Below, piece by piece: positions 9,898 to 15,758 of a DNA stretch of 15,758 nucleotides. The notes beneath the pieces were generated by a model. It did not search any database. It saw nothing but the letters and a program-made list of their open reading frames with translations, and was not told the DNA's origin. Source of the stretch: Pseudomonadota bacterium. GTDB lineage: Bacteria > Bdellovibrionota_G > JALEGL01 > DATDPG01. The stretch spans positions 1-15,758 of the forward strand of contig JAZDIZ010000131.1 of assembly GCA_043804515.1 (NCBI GenBank), in the 5' to 3' direction. The translations under genes and the position numbers were made by a program. Within the stretch, counting starts at the first letter, position 1; each line of letters opens with the position of its first letter.

Positions 9898-10638
9898 TCA
9901 CGCGAACAAGTCCCAGGCGACTTTGAGGATCAACGCCCAGGTAACGCCCATAAAAACGGGGCGGATGAGACTTGGACCGCGGCGGACGGCCAGGCTCGCG
10001 CCCAGGATTCCCCCGACAAAGGAAGCAATGGCCGCCGGGAGAGCCAATTGAAACCGGACATCCCCGTGAGGGATGAACCAGAGAAGCGCCCCCACGTTGC
10101 TGGCCAGATTCACGACGCGGCTTTGGGCCGAAGCCCGGAGAAGATCCAGCCCCGCCACGAACAGAAACGTGATCATCATGAACGTTCCCGTCCCCGGGCC
10201 GAAAAACCCGTCGTAAAACCCGATCAGCGGAAACAAAACCCACGTCAGAGGGATCCGGAAGCGCTCCGGCACCTGCTTGAGGCCGAGACGGTCGCGAAAC
10301 GCGACAAGAAGAGCCGCCGCGACGAGAAGTACGAGAATGACGGGGCGTAAAATTTGGGGATCGATGTGCGTCGCCGTAAATGCGCCGAGCCAGGCGAGTG
10401 CCATAGCCGCGGCGAACAGAGGCGACAGACGGCGCCAGGAGAGAAGGCCCGAGAAACGGTAACGGTTCGAGCTGGCGAAGGCCGTCGCCAGTCCCACAAT
10501 TTTGTTGGTTCCGAGCGCCGCATAGGGCGGAAGGCCGATCGCCAGGAAAGCGGGAAGTGAAATGAGCCCTCCCCCGCCGGCAATGGCGTCCACGAACCCG
10601 GCGGAAAAACCCGCGGCAATCAGGAAAAACAGCGTCAA
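9898..10638 (-). CDS. TauE/SafE (TSUP, YfcA-like) sulfite-exporter family membrane protein
   Basis: 246 aa, multi-TM, with GFVDAIAGGGGLISLPA, ALGTNK and IGFYDGFFGPGTGTF. The TTG start overlaps the TGA stop of the DUF503 gene (TTGA), which suggests translational coupling. Confidence 0.93.
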   Translation of the reverse strand: MTLFFLIAAGFSAGFVDAIAGGGGLISLPAFLAIGLPPYAALGTNKIVGLATAFASSNRYRFSGLLSWRRLSPLFAAAMALAWLGAFTATHIDPQILRPVILVLLVAAALLVAFRDRLGLKQVPERFRIPLTWVLFPLIGFYDGFFGPGTGTFMMITFLFVAGLDLLRASAQSRVVNLASNVGALLWFIPHGDVRFQLALPAAIASFVGGILGASLAVRRGPSLIRPVFMGVTWALILKVAWDLFA

Positions 10639-10958
10639 GGATTCGGCTCCAGACCGACGAAATCATCCGCATGATAATGGACCAGATCCAATTGGTGCCT
10701 CAAGACCTGCGCCACATAGAGGCCTTCAATCGCCCGGAGAACCCGGTCCAGCTCGCTTCTTACGAAGCCTTCCTCGTTACCCACGGCCGACACGCCCAGA
10801 TGGATCCGCTTCCAATCGTCGTTTTTCCCGACTTCGGCGATCGAAACGTTGAATTGGTTGCGCATCTTGTCCTTGATCTTCCGAACCGCCCGCCTTTTTT
10901 CTTTGAGCGACCGGCTCTCGGCGACATAGAGCGAAAGCTGAAGGTTCCCCACGACCAT
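10635..10958 (-). CDS. DUF503 (YlxP-like) protein
   Basis: 107 aa with MVVG...SLKEKRRAVRKIKDKMRNQFNVSIAEVG..DDW, the DUF503 pattern. GAGG SD upstream. Confidence 0.9.
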   Translation of the reverse strand: MVVGNLQLSLYVAESRSLKEKRRAVRKIKDKMRNQFNVSIAEVGKNDDWKRIHLGVSAVGNEEGFVRSELDRVLRAIEGLYVAQVLRHQLDLVHYHADDFVGLEPNP

Positions 10959-11032
10959 GCCGCCTCTCTACCCAAAATCCGCCCAAAAAGCAGCCTCCAC
11001 AGGAGGGCGCCGTTCGGGCCAGATCCTTTGAA

Positions 11033-12973
11033 TTACGCGTCTTCCAGGGCGTCCCGCTTTTCAACAAGCTTGAGCCATTCCGTCTCGATGGTCTCGATCT
11101 CGTGATCCAGCTGAGATCTTCGTTTCAGCTTCGATCCGAATTCGGCGTCCTTGGGCGCCTCGGGACCGCATAGGAATGCGTCCAATTGGGTGCGCTCCTC
11201 ATTGCGAAGTTTCATTTCCTTTTCCACGTCCGCGATCTTCTTTCGGAGTTCTTTGCCGGATTGAAATCTCTTCTGGCGGTCCTTGGCTTCCCGGCGCTTC
11301 TGGTCCTTGTCCTTCCTGGCTTGTGAAAACTCCGACGGCCCAACCGCTTTCGCAGGCACCGGAGAAACGTGTCTCGCCAGCCAGTCGCTGTAATTCCCGT
11401 GATGAAAGAGCGCGTGCCCCGGCTTGATCTCCAGAATCATGTTCACCAGAGAATCCAGGAAGTCGCGATTGTGCGAAACCACGAGCACCGTCCCCTCGTA
11501 CGCGGCCAGCCCACGAACCAACGCGTCGCAGGCCTCGATATCCAGGTGATTCGTGGGCTCGTCCAGAAGGAGCAACCCGGGCCGGGAAAGGAGGATCCGC
11601 GTGAGGCTCACGCGGGCTTTCTCCCCGCCGGAGAGGACGTCGATCGGCTTGTCCAGGTCGTTCTCCGTAAGCCCCAGGGCCGCGGCGACACCTCTGACCT
11701 GCGGGATCGTGTTCCCGTGCCCCCCTCCATAAAGGTAATCGACGGTCTTCACGGAGGATTTGAGTTCCTCCATCCGGTGCTGCGCGAAATAGCCCAGCGT
11801 CAGGTCCTCGTTCCGCTTCAACCTCCCCGCCAAAGGTTTGAGCTCCCCAGCACAGGATTTCAGAAACGTGGTCTTTCCGACGCCGTTCACACCGATCACG
11901 CCGATTTTCTTTCCCGCCTCGATCACGCAACGGTCGATGGAGAAGAGCGGGTGACTTTTTTGATATCCAATCGAGCTCTGCTGCATGTCGATCACCACTC
12001 TCGGTAATCTGCGATCGGGATGCAGGCGGAACCGTGAAGGGCGCCTGGAAACCACCGGCATTTTGGCCCGAAGCTCCCGGATCTGCTCTTCATAGAAATC
12101 GGCGGTCTTTAAACGGTTCTGGGCCTGGCGGGCCTTGGTGGCCTTGGCGCGGAAACGATCGATGAATTCCTTGAGCCGCTCGATCTCGCGTTCCTTGTTC
12201 GAGATCTCCGCTTCGAGTTGCTCGATCCGGGCGGTTTTCAGGCCCTCGAATTTCTTGAGATTCCCGGGCCAGAGCGAAAGCGTCGGCGGCGCGAATTCCA
12301 GAATCTCGGTAGCGAAGCGTTCCATCAGCCGCCGGTCGTGGCTGATGAGGACCACGGAATGGGGATACGCGCGGAGAAAATCCTCGAACCAGAGCACCGA
12401 CTCCACGTCCAGATGGTTGGTGGGCTCGTCCAGGAGCAGGAGATCCGCCTGTTGGAGAAGAAGCCCCGCCATGTGCACCCGGATCCGCCATCCTCCGCTG
12501 AGCTCCTTGCAGGGGCGGCCGAACTGATCGACGGAGAATCCCAGTCCCGACAGGAGTTCCTGGGCGGTCTGCTCGACGTGGTAGCCGCCAAGGGCCGTGT
12601 ATTCCGTCTCGATCCGTTGATACTCCGCCAACCGCTGCGCGTCCGGCTCGGATCCCAAACTCCCTTCCACCCGCCGCAGCCGCTCACGGCATTTGTACCA
12701 AGCCTGGTGCTCGCGCAACGCGGCCTCCAGAACGGTATCGTGAGCGTGGGGCGTCCACTCCTGCTGCATCAAGGCGATCCGATAGTTCTTCGGTTTGCGG
12801 ACCTGTCCTTCGTCCGCATGCTCCTCCCCCACAAGAATCCGGAAGAAAGTGGTCTTTCCCGAGCCGTTCGGCCCGACGGCCCCTACCCGCGCCTGCTCTC
12901 CGATGAGAAAGTTCGCGTTGCGGAACAGCACCTGCGAACCGTAGGCCTTGGCCAGATTTTCAACGTTCAACAT
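11033..12973 (-). CDS. ABC-F family ribosome-associated ATPase (YheS/YdiF-like)
   Basis: 646 aa with two ABC domains (GPNGSGKT/LSGGW/LLLDEPTNHLD and GVNGVGKT/LSGGEK/LLLDEPTNHLD), linker RFRAKATKARQAQ, a C-terminal coiled coil and no TM helices. Confidence 0.96.
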   Translation of the reverse strand: MLNVENLAKAYGSQVLFRNANFLIGEQARVGAVGPNGSGKTTFFRILVGEEHADEGQVRKPKNYRIALMQQEWTPHAHDTVLEAALREHQAWYKCRERLRRVEGSLGSEPDAQRLAEYQRIETEYTALGGYHVEQTAQELLSGLGFSVDQFGRPCKELSGGWRIRVHMAGLLLQQADLLLLDEPTNHLDVESVLWFEDFLRAYPHSVVLISHDRRLMERFATEILEFAPPTLSLWPGNLKKFEGLKTARIEQLEAEISNKEREIERLKEFIDRFRAKATKARQAQNRLKTADFYEEQIRELRAKMPVVSRRPSRFRLHPDRRLPRVVIDMQQSSIGYQKSHPLFSIDRCVIEAGKKIGVIGVNGVGKTTFLKSCAGELKPLAGRLKRNEDLTLGYFAQHRMEELKSSVKTVDYLYGGGHGNTIPQVRGVAAALGLTENDLDKPIDVLSGGEKARVSLTRILLSRPGLLLLDEPTNHLDIEACDALVRGLAAYEGTVLVVSHNRDFLDSLVNMILEIKPGHALFHHGNYSDWLARHVSPVPAKAVGPSEFSQARKDKDQKRREAKDRQKRFQSGKELRKKIADVEKEMKLRNEERTQLDAFLCGPEAPKDAEFGSKLKRRSQLDHEIETIETEWLKLVEKRDALEDA

Positions 12974-12986
12974 TTTTGGTCACTCT

Positions 12987-13023
12987 AACAAAAAGGGCGC
13001 GGTGTGACCCGCGCCCCTTTGTT
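12987..13023 (-). terminator. Intrinsic terminator, probably of the groESL operon
   Basis: Minus strand GGGCGCGG-gtcaca-CCGCGCCC (13016-12995) followed by TTTTTGTT. The flanking AACAAA/TTTGTT extends the stem. Confidence 0.75.
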
Positions 13024-13135
13024 CTCCCCTTTCGGGGAAAGCTCAGCTGGGGCGGCGCCGGGGGGGGAGCCCCGCGACGAGTGACCGTAGGTCAATGCCA
13101 CGAAGCAACCGGCGGCCGGTCCCCAACCGAAGTGG

Positions 13136-13159
13136 GGGGACACCCTTAAGGGTGTCCCC
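13136..13159. repeat. 24-bp perfect palindrome, identical to the core at 1759-1782
   Basis: GGGGACACCCTTAAGGGTGTCCCC, 6 nt downstream of the groEL stop codon. Confidence 0.9.
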
Positions 13160-13165
13160 ATTCTT

Positions 13166-14827
<1,662 letters not shown>

Positions 14828-15115
14828 TTATTCCACAACGCCCAGGATCTCTTCCTCACCCAGGATGAGATGCTCGACGCCGTTGATCTTGATCTCGTTA
14901 CCCGCGTACTTCGCAAACAGAACGCGGTCGCCTTTCTTCACCGCCATCGGCTGAAGCTTGCCGTCTTCCAGGCGCTTCCCTTGCCCGACGGCGACAATTT
15001 CGCCTTCCATCGGCTTTTCTTTCGCCGTATCGGGGATGATGATTCCCCCTTTGGTTTTCTCTTCTTCGCTGATTCTCTTGATCAATACCTTGTCATGCAG
15101 AGGTCGGATCTTCAT
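14828..15115 (-). CDS. groES: Co-chaperonin GroES (Cpn10)
   Basis: 95 aa with [12 protein letters not shown], mobile loop [16 protein letters not shown] and [16 protein letters not shown]; directly upstream of groEL. Confidence 0.99.
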   Translation of the reverse strand: MKIRPLHDKVLIKRISEEEKTKGGIIIPDTAKEKPMEGEIVAVGQGKRLEDGKLQPMAVKKGDRVLFAKYAGNEIKINGVEHLILGEEEILGVVE

Positions 15116-15139
15116 TCGTTCATCCTCCAGTTGAAAAAT

Positions 15140-15424
15140 TCAGGACTTTGCGAGCTTGCATTCCGAAGAGCAGCACTTGGAGGGCGAGCAGTCCTTGGAT
15201 GACTCGCCCTTCGATTCCGTGGATTCGCTCTTCCTTGCGCCGTTGGAGTGCTGATAGCCGTCCTTGGACCAGCCTCCCCCTTGAAGGCTGAACGCCGACG
15301 GGGAGATGAGCTTGCGGACATTGCCACCGCACACCCGGCACTTCTGAAGGGGACGGGCGCTGATCTTCTGAAGCTCCTCGAACCGGTGACCGTTTCGAGT
15401 GCATTCATATTCATAGATCGGCAC
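15140..15424 (-). CDS. FmdB-family zinc-ribbon protein with a Ser/Cys-rich tail
   Basis: 94 aa, MPIYEYEC..NGH.FE...C..CGG.VRKLISPSAF.L.G.GW...Y, the FmdB/CxxC_CxxC_SSSS pattern. GTG start with AAAGGA SD. Confidence 0.9.
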   Translation of the reverse strand: MPIYEYECTRNGHRFEELQKISARPLQKCRVCGGNVRKLISPSAFSLQGGGWSKDGYQHSNGARKSESTESKGESSKDCSPSKCCSSECKLAKS

Positions 15425-15448
15425 GTTTCGTTCCTTTCAAACCACCCT

Positions 15449-15475
15449 TTAGCAGATAACACGCTCATCTGCTAG
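15449..15475. promoter_or_regulatory. CIRCE-like operator (probable HrcA site), non-canonical
   Basis: TTAGCAGAT-N9-ATCTGCTAG versus canonical TTAGCACTC-N9-GAGTGCTAA. It lies between the promoter and the first gene of the groESL operon. Confidence 0.75.
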
Positions 15476-15488
15476 CAGTGGCGGCGGT

Positions 15489-15516
15489 AATGTAATCACC
15501 TGGATGGCCTTGTCAA
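15489..15516 (-). promoter_or_regulatory. sigma70-type promoter of the Zn-ribbon-groES-groEL operon
   Basis: Minus strand perfect TTGACA (15516-15511)-N16-TACATT (15494-15489), 13 nt upstream of the CIRCE-like repeat. Confidence 0.7.
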
Positions 15517-15738
15517 CAGGGACATCTGGCGTCGAGAATCGACCTTAAATAGATAGATTTAACTATTTAATATTATTAGTTCTTTACCTTACGCGCGCGT
15601 CCCAGACGACTGACCTCCGTCCCCGTTTCCCGGGAAGTTCCCGAAGCCTGTAATTTCGACCTTCGTTCCCCCTTTCCCCTGGCGGTCTTGACCCCAGATG
15701 ACGCGGCGTGCTAGGAAGCGTCCTTTCGGAGGTGGATC

Positions 15739-15758
15739 ATGATCCTAAGTGCCAAGAC
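15739..15758 (+). CDS. Probable start of a divergent gene running off the window (MILSAK...)
   Basis: Strong SD GGAGGT (15728-15733) 5 nt before the ATG at 15739, with an upstream TTGACC (15688-15693). Only 6 full codons are visible. Confidence 0.4.

Noticed and set aside
13034..13067. G-runs that could form a G-quadruplex on the plus strand
   Set aside because: Most G-runs are already explained as Watson-Crick hairpin arms, the loops are long, and such runs are common at this GC content.
15747..15755. AAGTGCCAA resembling a CIRCE half-site
   Set aside because: No matching left arm 9 nt upstream, and it falls inside the probable coding start at 15739.

Overview
GC-rich bacterial chromosome segment (deltaproteobacteria-like by gene content, an inference), mostly housekeeping genes. 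Minus strand, in transcription order: a Zn-ribbon (FmdB-like) gene, groES, groEL, an ABC-F ATPase, DUF503 and a TauE/SafE (TSUP) transporter; then recN, a PP2C phosphatase, an M23 peptidase, secA and a secreted TPR-like protein. Plus strand: gpsA, the 3' end of a thermonuclease-like gene at the left edge and a probable gene start at the right edge. I found no transposase, integrase, CRISPR array, tRNA or rRNA. The most notable signals are non-coding: (i) an intergenic REP-like palindrome family with GGGGACAC...GTGTCCCC arms, in 4 copies, two sharing an identical 24-bp perfect palindrome 11.4 kb apart and each embedded in a larger hairpin-rich element; (ii) a symmetric non-canonical CIRCE-like operator (TTAGCAGAT-N9-ATCTGCTAG) upstream of the groESL operon; (iii) an unexplained hairpin-rich 670-bp gap between gpsA and the TSUP gene. 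I cannot demonstrate a new biological system; these are the best leads.
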